Of a stretch of 64,000 bases of DNA, positions 24,921 through 39,110 are shown piece after piece. Positions within the stretch are counted from its first letter, which is position 1. Every line of letters starts with the position of its first letter. The stretch spans positions 56,050,001 to 56,114,000 of the forward strand of contig CM052817.1 of the NCBI GenBank assembly GCA_028534125.1, written 5' to 3'. The notes beneath the pieces are model-generated. The model was not told the origin of the DNA. It saw only the letters and a program-made list of their open reading frames with translations, and made no database searches. The position numbers and the translations under genes were made by a program. Source of the stretch: Lama glama (lineage: Eukaryota).

Positions 24921-26849
24921 CGTGAGAAATCCTCAATATTATTTTTCTGTCAAAGATAAAAGACAGTCACTGCTCAACAATGTAAAGGGAGATGTCTTAT
25001 TCAAAGTTGCCATGTACAATGACTATTCATTCATTTAAACACCTCCATCCTTTCCCATGAATACACAAGCTTTGATGTTCCCTAAAACCTGATTTACGGC
25101 AAAGTTTAAGGATACAAATACTACATAGTAAATATGCATCCGGTCTTGGCTCCAAAATTTCTCCCCTACCAAACTTTTAACATACATACATACATACGTG
25201 ACAAAATATTATCTTTTTCCATATGAAACTGAAAATCTTTTAAAGACAGACTAAAAATGGATCTCACATAGTAATACAAATGATCACTAGAACTGGTTTT
25301 AGGTATGTTTTCTCAATTTATTCAAAGGGAAAAAATGGATTAAAATTTATGTATCAGTTTATCATTAATTCAAATATTATGAACTTGTGTTTCACATATC
25401 TTGATATATTTTAGAATATCTTGGTAAGGTATAAAGTGTTCATAATGGACTTCAATTCTTAAATTTTTATATTACAGGACATTTTATATTTAAAAATGAA
25501 TTAAATAGTTTTCTAGAAGTATATGTATATAAAGTATTTAAGAATAAAACATTTTGTCTACTAGATAATGAGATCTTTTCTTATTTTAATATGAAGGTAT
25601 GGATCTAGTTCCCAAACTTTACTGATTATGGGATTCATATGATAAAACAGTTTAAGAAGAGTGATTTCAGATATCAGGATCAGTACCTCCTACCAAACTC
25701 AAAAAATAAATAAATAAATAAAAACTCACATAATTTTTTTTTTTCATTCCATATGGGTTTAACCTTAACAAAAACAGATTTCTCCTGTAAGACTTACAGG
25801 GCTATCTCATTTCTAAGGTTTTCTGTATATGCACTACCAAAAGAAGAGCACCCATCTGGTACAGCAGAATATGCCAGTTCCTGGATATTTCTAAAATTTG
25901 TTTGATACAAATTTTCCTGGCATTAAGTGAGTGGAAATATAGATATAGGACAAATAGAAATTTTTAATAGAGATTCTCAAAATTATGTAAGAGTTTAGAG
26001 AAGTTTTTGGAAGCATTCCATTTACCCTTTACTTTACTAAACCTTGAGATAGCCACTTTGAAGAGATTATATTAAGATACTTTTGTAGAAGATGTATGTA
26101 TGTGTATGTGTGTGTGAGTGTGCAAGCACACATATTTAGTTTATAAATCCACAGAATATTAGATTAAATCTCCTGGGAACTGGTTCTAATCTTTGTGTTC
26201 TAGCATTTTTCATTTGTCCAAAGAATGATCATTTTTGTCTTAGCCATATGTGCATAATCACTTCTGGAGCTTGGTAAATGAAAGAAAGAAATATATTAGT
26301 ATGTAACTAATTTATTTTTCCAAATATGTTCCCACTCAAGTTGTAAAGTATAAATGTATAAAAGTGTGTAAAGCAAAATGTATAAAAGGGCATATGATTA
26401 TCCAGTATCTTCACACTTGGCCTGAAATGAAACTATTTCAATCTAATTGCAGTCACTGCCCACCTCCTTAAATGTGCTCCGTACATCACTTCTACTGCTG
26501 ATTATTCCCTAGGCAGTAACACACAGTATCACTAAATTTTCTCTCTCTAAAAATATAGATGCCTAGTGTAATCTCAAAAACTGTTAGAAAACAAAATGTA
26601 GGCTATTCAGCTGTCACCCTGACTTCTATGCTATTCTCTCAGAGAATGATTTTCTATTATTTGGCACAAATATCTTACTCCCTAGAAATAAAACTTTCCT
26701 TGAGGTGTGAGCATCTGCTTTCTCTTGAAGTCAATAGGAGTTAAGATTGCATATTGAAGGCATAATTTAGGTGGTGAATGCCACACAGCTTTGCCAACAA
26801 TTAGTCCTCTCTGCAACTCTGCTACATTCCTATTTTCTCACATTTCTTC

Positions 26850-27350
26850 TGTAAACTATTTTAAGCAAAAATATATACAAGATACTATAGTACAAAAATG
26901 TACATAACAGCTAGTACTGTCAAATATTAATATCTTATATTTTAGATGCCTTTATTTTTAAAGACATAATAAAAAACAGAATCAGTAGAAGTCCTCTCTG
27001 CATCCTTTCCAATCCCATTGGTGCCCATTTTCCTTTAAGCAAACTGCCGTCATGAATTTAGCATTTTAATTTCCTAATTCTGCATTTATAGTTATAGTTA
27101 TATATATACAGTATGTATGCACATGCATACAGTATAAAGAATTATAATATGTATGTCAAATTCTACACAACAGTGTTAATTTTTTTCTTTCATCCTCATT
27201 TTCTCACTTTGTATTATGGAGTATTATTTTCTTTGAAACCTGTAAGTCTAGCTTATCCATTTTAAGTGCTGTACAGTACCCAATCATATGAATATACAGA
27301 GGTATATTATCTATCATTTTGTTAATAAATATTTAGGTTACTTGTAATTA
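26850..27350 (-). mobile_element. L1ME-type 3' fragment
   Basis: tccattttaagtgctgtacagtacccaatcatatgaatatac...atatttaggttactt. Confidence 0.65.
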
Positions 27351-27409
27351 TTTAGAGTAATATATGTTGTATATATGTATATAATTTTGCATTTAATTTA
27401 ATTACCTAA

Positions 27410-27472
27410 AATGTTGGTCTAGACCCACTAATTTGATTTTAGGTCATAAATCACAATTAGAAAAACACTACT
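27410..27472 (+). mobile_element. hAT-Charlie DNA transposon end
   Basis: gacccactaatttgatttt...cacaattagaaaaacacta resembles a Charlie terminal segment. Confidence 0.5.
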
Positions 27473-29419
27473 TTAAGAATAAACTTAGAAGAGAAATTGT
27501 CTGTTTTTAGAGTGTACCTCAAAATAAAAGAAATCTATATACAGGTAAATTCTTCCAATGTAAAAAAAGGTAAGAAATTTTACTACGAAAGGGGACCCAG
27601 CTATTGAAAGAGAGAGACAGAGAGAGGACTTAATGCTAAATGTGTGACCTATACAATCGTATACAATCAAACACAATGAGGCTGCTGTTTACTTCCTGAG
27701 TGAGCTAAAGTAAACTTTTTATTTTTTTCTTACTTTAAATAAATTTTATCAAAAATTTGAGAACTGATTGCAAACAGAACTTTTTTTTCTGTCCTTGAAA
27801 ATATCCTATGTTTCTTATGGAATCTACTCTCTAACATCTCCTATTTCAAATGCTCTCTACCCACCAGCACTGTCTTTCTATTCATCTTAGCAGAAATGTA
27901 TTTTGTTTTATTGATATTTTGTGTGTGACACCACACTTGATCAGAATTTTATAGCCATTAACTTTCATTTCTCTTGCCAAATAATATTAACGCAGGAATT
28001 CCCATTGTATTGTACAATAACACTAAGAACATATAGCTTAGAACTGTAACATTTTCATTAGATTAGTAGTTTTTTACTTGAAATGGAACACATGGTAATA
28101 TTTGGCTTTGTCACAAGGTAATGCAACATAGAGTTCTAGTCACATTTTTCTCTCCATGAACTTAAATCTCTGTTGATTACAGACATAAGAAGTGTAATAG
28201 TCTGCAGTCTGACAAATATGTAATATGTAAAGTCTCTATATATCAATGTTATGCAGAATTACTTTGATTAATTTACATTCACCTTCAGTAAACAGTAACT
28301 CCCAATCCTATAAACAGGGATTTACATGTACAATAGAGCCATGAAAATGTACTGTCAGCATGTTGATCTCTTAGCTCTGCGATTTGTAGGTTTTCTAAGG
28401 CAATTATTTTAACATGCCTATCATATTGTGATTATATTTCTGGAGAACAGAAGGCATGTTGTGAAAAGCTATAGACCATACAGAGATATCTCAGTTAGGG
28501 TAAAACAATGAATCATTTTCTTAAAATTTCTCAGTTCTTGCTCATTTTAATTTGAAACAATTTGAATGAATACAACATTAGTTTCCCAGTTATAGTGCAC
28601 TCAAAATGTACCATATTTCTCACCTGAAGGCATAAACTTTAGTGACATCCTAATCATTTTGACTGCAACCGACGCTTGTGCTATAAACCTCAGATTAAAT
28701 AGTAGGTAGAGAATAAACAGCAGGAGCAGATGAATTTCTAAAAACAAATGGTGTCTATTTGAATGCAAATATCCCCATTAATAAAGAATGAGAAAGGAAA
28801 CATTTTAAAAATCAGTAATATATTACTGTGAATTATTTTTGAGCAGGCTATTTTCCAGCAGCTCTTTAATGAGCTATTTCTTCATATGTTGGTAACTAAT
28901 TATTACATATATTTTGTATGTATTTTTAATATCCATAAACTACAGATTTGATCTTTATTTCTTGTCAGCATATTTGAAAATAATTTGCAGAAACACATTT
29001 AAACTGCTGGGTTTCATGCTAAGTAGAAAACAATGGATGGAAGACTTAATTTACTCTGTAAGCTAGAAGATAAATAATAGTCTTTAATATAATGTAGTGA
29101 AAATGAGAATTTGAAAAGCCTCTATCTGGCCACCTTTAAATATATATGAAGATACCAAATTTTACAATGGTAGTTGATTATGAATAACAATCTAGCCAGT
29201 CAATATGTAATGTCTGAATGATGAATATTTTCAAGAAACTATACTTTGGAAAAAGTGTGGAACTTTTATTTAAAAACATGTAAGAAAGTAAGAGCCATCG
29301 CTTTATTAACTGCATGTATTCTACTAGGGGACAAAGGAGGAAATAATGATTTAGATGCTAATGTTTCCGTCACTTTGAAGGTAAGGTGGTGGGTGCTATG
29401 ATACTTCTGACAACTAATT

Positions 29420-30370
29420 CTTCACAACCTACACCCAAACCACATCCCTTGTCATTAATCTGCGTCTTGATCTTGTCCTTTCCAGCCTATGCCCCTGCAC
29501 ATGCTGTTCTTTCCTCTTAAATTGTTTTCACACCTTGCCATGTAGGCAAACTTCTTCTCATCTTTAACACTCAAGGTCAATTGCAACCTTATCATCATGC
29601 ACTCCCCTGTTTCCAGTGGTACAATTATTTCTAATGATTCAGTGATCAGTAAATGGCTCAGAAGCTTTCAGTGATAAAGCTCAAACTTGGCTTTATCAAA
29701 AGATTTGCATTTTACCTTTTATCTATTTTTATTTTTACCACATATGGTTTTGAATTCTTGAAGTGTCTCTTTCTTCTCTGGTTATTTGTCCTCAATCTCC
29801 TTAACCTACTACTTTTTCTCCACTTGGCTTCTGATGTAATAACGCAGCTAGTTCTTCAAAATACTTCTGTAGATTCTTTTTTTTTTTTTAACACTTTGTA
29901 TTCTCTTCGTAGGTAAGTTAACTCATGCACATGTTTCTCAAATATATATCAATAGGTCTAAACTATTCTTAAGAAACCAGACAAATTTCCTTGATGCTTC
30001 AAAAATACTTCAAATTCAACAGGTCTTAAAAACATAATTGTGCCCCCCAAACGTAGTATTTCTCAGTGTTTACTGTCTCAGGGAGTGATGCCACTTTATT
30101 GCCCAACTCACAAATCTGGATGTATTCTTCTAAATCTTCCTTTTTTTACTCTTCTCTTATATGGCAAGTAGTATGGATTCATTCCTTGATCATTTCTTTA
30201 ATCCACACACCTTACCATTCCTATTGCCATAATCATAGTTTAATCGTCTTTGAACTGGACCACTGTAATAGTGCCTTAACTAGTACCCACTCAGATAATC
30301 TTGCATAGTGTTTCTTCTTGACACAGTGCAGTTGAATAAAATGTTAAATTACAAATTTGATATGAGGAAA
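29420..30370 (+). mobile_element. L2 fragments
   Basis: ttcaaattcaacaggtcttaaa, tgaactggaccactgtaatagtgccttaactagt; pyrimidine-rich plus strand. Confidence 0.65.
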
Positions 30371-32339
30371 TCACATCTGAGATTATTTTAATTTACTTCA
30401 GTAGAGTTATTTCTTTGTTATGCAAATATCCCTTCAGTGGCCAAACTGCCTTTCTAAGGAAATGTCCTTAAGAGAGAAAAAAGTTTTAATTTATCGAAAA
30501 AAGGAAATGAAATAATTATTCAAGTAAATAATCCTCTGTGAAGTGTTTATGCATTCATCTCTTATAAGATATACTTGATGAATCTTTCACATGCACATCA
30601 GATCTTTACATTTAAACACCCACAAATGCTTTGAAAGTATTCATTTCTTATCCTGTAAATAAATAGGATGTTTTCTTTGGAAAAAACTGCACTGTCGTCA
30701 TATCAATATCATTAATACTTAAAATGCCATTTATATTTGTAAGCAATCTGAATAATTAAAAAATGCAAATTTAGGCTATTAGGAGTAATAACTTTATATG
30801 TAAGTTTTATGAGCTGAATTTCATTACTTATTCATAATAGACTAACAATTAAAGAAACAAAGTAATGTAACAAAAACGTAAAAGTCAATACATAAATAAG
30901 TGGTTGTATGGCAATTTAAGCTGTGTAAGATACTTCCTTCTTATCTGTTAGGGAAAATAATTTTATCTGGGAAATATTCACTGCTTCCAACCAAAAGAAA
31001 TTTTCTTCAAAATAAAATGAGTTTGCAGAATCATTTTCTTACCTTACCAATAATTCACACTCAAATATTGGGTATGCTGTAAACCATAAAAAGTATAGAA
31101 TTTTAGAAAACTGATCTTAGTGGTAGATGGTAGTTTTTCTTTTTACTAACTTCAATCTAAATTTTATTTATTGTTGTAGTCTGTTATTTGAATAACACAC
31201 TGCAAAGCTGAAGCTAAATAAGGAACATCAAATACAGCTCCCTATATTTTCAAATCAATTGGGCTTCACTATTAAGGTTATAAACTACTTTAATGGTAAA
31301 AAGAAATGCATAGTCAGTTTAAAACCCTCATTAATCGGTAATAGTTATGAGTTCATTTGTAGTGCAATTCAAATAATTTCACTTTATTCTTTAAATTGTT
31401 TCTTAGAAACTCTGCCAGGTTACAAAAGAAATTCAATCATTTCCATATTTTAGGCTATTTTGTTGTTATTCATCATATTTAAAATTGTAACATTTTTATC
31501 CATGAATAAATTATTTCTGTCTTCCAACTGCCTTCTCTCCCTTATCACCTACCACCATTTTTCTGTCAAGGAAATACCTTTAGTTTCTTCTCAATATAAA
31601 TCTCTCTTAAACCATGAAGTTAATCAAAACCTAAAAAATAAAAAAAAAATTGAGAGGATAAAAAGTAATGGGTCATATACCATACTGTCTGTTTTTAAAT
31701 TTAAAATTAGAGAGTTTAACTGGCTTTCTCGGTTTCATCTGGTTAGAAAATGTTAGAAGAACATGGTCTAGAATCCAGGGTACCTGTTTCCCAGGTCAAT
31801 GCAAAAAAACCAGATACCTCATACTACAAAAACAGTGACTCCATTACTGTCCCTCTAAAATTGTGCCTAATGTGAAATTAACCCTTTGTTTTCTCAGCTA
31901 TTGATGAAAGAAACTGTATCACAGCCAAGATTTGCATTTTGAAACCTGGTAGAAGTAGATTTCTTACCAAAACCTTTTTGTCAAGTGCAGAGTATTATAC
32001 ACTTCAAGATTTTCAATACTGCGTCAGTAAAAATAACAATGAATTCACAGTGATGAAAAGATACATTTTACACATACTCAAATGCCTTTGTTACAAATCA
32101 ATCATACTCAGGTTAATTAAACAACAGAATGTGTTGGACATACTTTTTGAATCTTTTACCACATCTTGAAACAAATCTAGGAAAAGGAGTCAGGAAAAGT
32201 AGTAATATAATATATTTTCTAATGTTCCAGATTATTGCTTCCTTTAGGATCTTGGAAATTGTTTATATAATGGGGAGAATGGGAATAATCCAGTACATAC
32301 CCCTATTCTGATGACATGAAAAGGATGTTTAATTTTTTT

Positions 32340-32680
32340 AATAATTTCATTGATGAACTACCAATATATACAATATGGACATGTCTCAAGAACATTCTGC
32401 TTTGCAAAATAAACCAGATTAAAAAGAGTGCAGAATATAGAACTTTATTATTTTCTAAAACAGACAAAACCAGTGATATAAAACCGATCAGTGATTACTT
32501 ATGTTTGGTTGGAGCACTTTACCACAAAAGGCACATCTAAGATGATGAAAATATTCTAAGTATTGTTTCAATGGTTGTTACCTGACAGTATGTATTTTTA
32601 AAAAGTCATCGAACTATACTCTTAAATGTGTGCATTTTAGTGTATTTAATATATATGTCTTAACAAACGTGATTACATAA
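32340..32680 (+). mobile_element. L1ME-type 3' UTR
   Basis: caatatggacatgtctcaagaacattctgct...gtcatcgaactatactcttaaatgtgtgcattttagtgtat. Confidence 0.75.
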
Positions 32681-32749
32681 AAATAATTTTAATTTTCAAT
32701 ATATATATTGGAGAGAGAGGAGGTAAATGAGTAATAATTGCCTTAGTGT

Positions 32750-33916
32750 GGTGCAGGGTGCCTAGATAAAACTTCCTCCTAGGAAAGATAATTAATGAAA
32801 TGAAGTGATGCAACTTCATAGAACTTGAGTAACCACAATGACCTGAAAGCAATAGATATTAATCATAGAAAGAAGGCATATGGTGGACAGCTAGAACAGC
32901 AAAATTGCTGCAGGGCATAATCAAGGAATTTCTAGAAATTTATGTTTCTCACCACTTGTCTTTCCACTTTTAGATGTCTATCAAAGATCAAATCACACAG
33001 CTACTCTCTTCCTCACCCTGCAGAATAAGAAGGCATTTACTAAATAAATCTAAATAGTATGAGTCAACAAATTTAAAAGCAGGTAGAAAAAACCAGTAGC
33101 AATAGATTTTAAAAAGATGTAACCAGGGCACATCATGATAAAATTTCAAAACAACTTAAATAAAAAAATAAATCATAAAAATTCACAAAATTTGAACACA
33201 AATCATCTCAACCAATGGATTGACCAGAAATGAACATTCTTCTTCTTAACAATGGTACTGGAAGCTAGAAACATCAAAATTCTGATTAAAAGTGATTTCC
33301 AAACTGGAATTTTATACCCAGACATACTACATATTAAATATGAAAATAGAATGAGATTATTTTCAGACTTTAAATTTCTCAGAAAATACACATCCCAACT
33401 ACTATTTCTTAGAACTTTATTGAATTATCTACTTCATCAAAATAGAGGAGCAAACAAAAAAAGAGGAGACGTTGTTCCCCAGAAACAGAGGAATCAACAC
33501 AGAAAATATGAAATGTTAGTATTAAGATGATTTCAAAGGGAAGTCTGAGAATGACTGTGAGAGTCTGTAAAATTGTCAGGGAAAAAATTAAAATGAGCAC
33601 AGAGAAATCTAAGAAAAAATTGAGGCATTTATTAATTTCAAAAATTACAAAATATATCATGAAAGAATGGATGTTTGAGAAAGGGTCTCTCTTAAAACAT
33701 AGATCTTCTTGCAACAAACAAAAAGAAACTTGAAAGTGACAAAGAAAATGTCAGTATAATATTGGAAGGCAAATTAAAAAACTTCCCAGAAAGAACAAAT
33801 AATCAAACAGATGCTATGATAGAAAAAAATAACAAAATTGAAGAATTTATCCAGAAGTTATGCACCCAAATTAGTGGAAGAAATTGTCAAAGCAAAAAAA
33901 AAAAAAAAAAAAAAAA
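32750..33916 (+). mobile_element. Old L1/HAL1 ORF1-region fragments ending in an A23 tract (33894-33916)
   Basis: accagggcacatcatgataaaatttcaaaac, ggtactggaagctagaaac, ttccaaactggaattttatacccag. Confidence 0.65.
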
Positions 33917-35519
33917 GTCAAGAAAGAGAAAATGCTAGTAGTAGCCTTCATTTATGACCTTAATAACTTTGTAAACATATTTAGTTTGTATGAAGAACCA
34001 AAACCCAAGCCTGATTTTTATAATTGCACTCCAACACAGGTTCATATTCCACACCAGATATGCAGAACCTAAACTTCAATATTTTGAATCAGTGAAGCTA
34101 AGGTTTAGAAGGAAAATGAAAATTTCTGCAGGTTATTCTCTTTTCTTTTCCCATAAACGCAGAGGCTTGTTTTCAATATTCTCCATCTCTAGTTTGATTG
34201 GAGTGAGCTCAGAAAATAATTAAACAAACAAACGTCTCTTTAGAACTAGCCGAGATTTCTTTTCATACTTCAGATTCTATTAGTTTGGACCACATGAAAA
34301 GCAGTTTTTGAAAGTCAAAAATTTTGGCTATAACAACTTCATAAGGCATAACCCAGTATTTTCAGATTCCAAAATTTCTTTAGATTTATCCTAAGTAATT
34401 GGAGCCTATGGGGCCACTAACAAGTTTTCACCTTTTCATTAGACACAGAAACATTTTTCATTACCTTTCAAATTTCAGAAAACTAGTGTTAACTATGCAT
34501 AAATATGGTGTTTAATTATATTATGTTAACAACTTAACTATAAACATTTTGATGTATTTTCTTTTGCTTTGTAATACTATTTATTGATTTATCTAACATA
34601 AAACTAGGATTATAATAATTAGTCTTTGATTCATGGAATTCTCACATATGCTTATTCACAGAGAAAGTTTTATCTTTATATTATGAAATTTTCTTAGATA
34701 TTTATTATAAGTATATATTTTATAGAAGTGTTAATACTGTTTCTCCATCTTTCTGAAATGCTTCTAGTGTATGTTCATTATAGAATTTACTAAAAAGATA
34801 ATTTGAGGATGGACTTTGATGAATAACTCAGAACTTTATTTTCCCTCAGCTTCTTTTTGCTCTTGAATGCTGTGATCATATATGCAAAATGTTAGAGTGA
34901 TCCAATGTGTTAGTGTTCTAAAATGTTCTCTATTATGATATGTTTTCCATAGAACATAGTTATGGTAAGAACAAATAACTAGGTATCATTCCAAGACAAA
35001 ACAGATTTTATGAGTCTCTGAGTTAAAGAGAATAAACAGTAATTATTTAAAATTTTATTAAATAATTATGTCAATCCATTCCTACTCTCTCTCCAAATCC
35101 TAACCACCACCACCAATAACAATAAGAAATAAAAAAACCTACAGATGCATTTCCTTCTAAACTGACCTGAATTAGCCTTTTGAAATATAATAAAAGTGGA
35201 ATCATTAAACAGAAATTGAAATTCATGCATCCAATAAGTGTTGCTTCACTGAAAGTTATATGATTTGTTTGTTTTATATTTGTGTTTTTCACACATAAGT
35301 GTACCATTAATTTCTAAAATGTTTACATTTAATTAAAACAATGTCCTAAGACAGGATTTAAGCTGATTTCCTTTTTAAAGCAGTTCACTCTATCATGTCA
35401 AGGTTTTTTTTTTTTATAATGGTTTCTTTTTTTAATGATTTTAAAAATGTTTTTTCAAAAATGGTTTCTCTTTTTTTTCCTCTCAGTAAGCATTGTGATA
35501 TTATTTATATTTGAGTAAA

Positions 35520-35750
35520 TGTGCTCTGGAAACAGTGCTGGGTGGATCTCACATCTACAACTTAATTGTTCTAATGACCTCTGTGAATCTGCTTCCTCAC
35601 TTACAAAGCAATGATAATATTATCTCTCTTAAAAGGTTCTTACAAGCATAAAAAAGGTTATATATAAACATATATAATATATAGTGTATACATGCATATC
35701 TAAGTCTAGCTATTCATCTATTATTCATTATTATTGCTATCATCTATCAT
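35520..35750 (+). mobile_element. MIR
   Basis: ctctgtgaatctgcttcctcacttacaaagcaatgataata. Confidence 0.65.
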
Positions 35751-36744
35751 CACATGCTATGGGATCAATCATGAAAACTATTAGTATTGAAACATGTATA
35801 AACTAATTCCCATTATTCTTTTAAATATTTGAAGCATCAGAGTAGGAAAGTAATTCTTAATTATTGGTTAACTTTATCCCTAGAGTTGTCTAGTAATAAA
35901 AGTAAGATGTCCAAAGGACAAGCAAGTCTGGTATTTTGAGATTTAACTTCGTCCTGTCAATGGCACTTATAAAGACAAAATAAAGATTCCATTTCTTTTC
36001 ACAGAACCAGTTACAAGAAATTTCCACGTGTTACTGAGGATGCTCTGTAGTGACTCAAGGATCTTATCTGTTCTAATAAATCATTCATTCATGTTATATC
36101 TATTCTAAGGCTCCATTTAAAGTGCAGGTTAACTCCTTTTAGACAGTTAATTAAAGAGTTTAGATTACTGAATTACTATAGACCAACAACACACACATGC
36201 ATCAGGCAGTAGTAACCTCACAAGGTGCAAAATGAAACAACTTACTTAACATTGTATATAAAGAAGAAAATATGAAAGCAAATATTTGCCATGTAATATT
36301 AGGCTGGTGCTATGGATGTCTGCACAAAGTGAAGATATCACAAAATTTCTCACATCCTCCATCTTCCACCTGGCTGAGCTGAAGGTAGCATAAAGATAGC
36401 ACAGGGCAGGCTCTCAGAGCAAGTAATACTGTTTTTGAAGCAGAGTGACACTTTAATTATGCATTTTAAAATAACAACCTTATCAGAAGTAGGGAGAATG
36501 GATGAAAAATGACCAAGATTTTACTAGTGAACTACAGAAAGGCTATCAAATAACGAGTCATTTTATTTGAAGGTTATGATATATTTCTATTTGAATCCCA
36601 ACTACACCATCTCTTTGGCCAACCACATCTTCATCTTACACCCTTGACCTTCAAAACTGTTGACCCATGCCTCAGCATGACTCCCCAAACCCCGCTCACT
36701 GTCCATTTTCTCAGAGATTTTGCTGACACTGTTGTTCTGGGAAG

Positions 36745-36925
36745 CTACGGGAAAGAAGGAGAATTTGAGAAAGGAGGAAGGGAAATGGACAGAAGAGACA
36801 GGAAGAACACAGAGATCGGAAGAAAAAGAAAGGAAAGCAAAAGAAAGGAGACAGAATGGAACAGAACCAAGAGAAGGGAGAATAAGGGTGGGGGAAAGGA
36901 AAGCAAAGATATAAAGAGGAAGGCT
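36745..36925. repeat. GA-rich low-complexity purine tract
   Basis: Direct reading; explains ORFs 36644-36931. Confidence 0.85.
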
Positions 36926-38029
36926 CAGTAACTTTTTGAAAATTTAAGGTGTGTCAGACACTTGGCATTATGCACCCTAAAACTTTGAAATGACAACACA
37001 CATTTCAGTGTAAAACAATCTACTCTGCAGCTGCTAAAAATCACAAATCAACCTAGGCATTCAGAATACATCTGACTGACACTGAGAACATGAGTGATTT
37101 AAAGAAATATGTTGAACTTAAATAAGAATTATAGAGATTGAACTCACAAGGGCAAAAAAAAAAATTCAGGATTTTAATTATTTGAACATTGGTGTTTTTG
37201 TATTTAAACTCACAAGAAATTTAATTGTGTTTTAATTTCTCCTTGAAAAATTGATATTAGGGGAACATTTTCAAAATCTTTCTCTTCTAAGCATTTTATC
37301 ATTGGAGTGTCTTTTGTCTTAAAAATCATATTGTAGAACCTCTTATATGTTATTGTGAACAACGTGGCTGTACATAATTTGGGATGTAAAATAGAAACGG
37401 GCTTACATTTATATTGTAGAAAGTAAACATGGGTTTATATTTGAGTTAATCAATACACTGTTTTGTTTAACTCACATCTGAGTATTATAGGCAGTTCCTA
37501 AACTTCTATTACCAGTCATAGAAGGATGTCTCAGAGAGCGGTGACTGATACTGAAGTGTATGAAGGTGGGAGCTGCACTGGTCCCATAGATTGTTGAGCT
37601 CAGCCTCAAAAGGGTAGAGTCCCATCCTTGGTCTTAAAGGTTAATCCCAGTGGGTTAGGAACAAAATTTAGGGGAAGTTATTAGGGAAAATTTCTTCTCT
37701 ACCGCTAATTCCTTTCTGTCAAGGGAGCTTAATGGGAAAGTAGAGTGACAGGACTGCTTAAGAAATTTAGGAAGATAGCATGCTTAGCTTAACTCCATCA
37801 TTTTTCTTTCTCTTAGGGACCAGTATGTCCAGTGAGAGCATATATTGCGTACCTATTTTTTTTCATAAGGCTAAAGTAAAATATGTACATAATTTGTTCC
37901 AGTCTGCAGTCCTGACAGCTGACCTATTTGGCTCTCACATCAAATTATAGCCTCCAAATAGTGCCTATTAATAACAAAGCTGATGATTTGGCTTTTATCA
38001 AATCACAAAAAAAAAAGAGCATTGATGTT

Positions 38030-39110
38030 AAATTGCAATTAAGTCAGAAAATAAAAAACAAAAAATACTTAAAATCATTCACACTTTTAAGAATTCAAAA
38101 AGTATTTAACAATGTCTCAGATTATGCATATATTAATAATTAGAAGCAAATTTAATTACTAATGGATGAAAGTATAATTATGCTTTCATAATATATATGA
38201 ACAATATTCTATTCTATATGAACAATAATGAAAATTTTGTATCAATAATTGTGGGATAAACTTACATTAAATATTAGAAGCCAGTTATAAATTTAAATGT
38301 TTTTAGTAATTTAAAATAAAGGCTAAAATTAACGAACTAAGCAACCAACTTAATGCTGAAAAAGAACAAGAAAATACAAAGAAAGGAGTACTAAGAAAAT
38401 AAACATGAGAGCAGAAATTAATGAAATGAGATATATATTTCTAATACAGAGAATCAATAAAGCAAAACATATTGTACCAGGAAGACTAATAAAATAGATA
38501 AACCTTTTAGGATATTTATCTTAGCTGGGGCCTACATAATAGTCTTTAAAAGTTCCTCAGGCAATACTAATTTACAGGCAATTTTCAGGCCCACTGCTTT
38601 AAGAGAAAACATTTCTAAATTCTATATAAAATTTAAATATCTATACTTATCAAAGAAAAACATAAAAATTAAAATATAAGTTATATATTGGGAGAAGATA
38701 ATTGTATCACATTAATAATCAGGGAATATTAAAAAAATACTTCAAAAAGTCAATAAAAACTATAAATCAACAAATACCAAAATGGATGGGATATGTAAAT
38801 AAGCAACTCACAAGAGGTAACACAAAATGAAAAGATGTTCAATATCATTATGTGTCTAAAATGCAAATTACTATCCTAATGTGATTGACATAAGTTATAC
38901 CCATTATATTTAAAATGCAAATTACTATCCTAATGTGATTGACATAAGTTATACCCATTATATTTAAAATAAAATACAAAAAATTGGGTCATAATATACA
39001 TTGACAAGGATGTGGTGTAAAGGTAACATTCAAAAAGCTCATAGGAACACAAATTGGTAAATCTACTTAGGAGATTTCTTGGCAGTAAATAAAATCTGAA
39101 CAATTTTTAT
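38030..39110 (+). mobile_element. Decayed L1M ORF2 fragments with a small MER5-like piece (~38520-38600)
   Basis: agagcagaaattaatgaaat, gactaataaaatagataaacc, gacaaggatgtgg; aagttcctcaggcaatactaat...cccactgct. Confidence 0.7.
38858..38965. repeat. Perfect 54-bp tandem duplication
   Basis: aaaatgcaaattactatcctaatgtgattgacataagttatacccattatattt occurs at 38858-38911 and 38912-38965. Confidence 0.97.
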
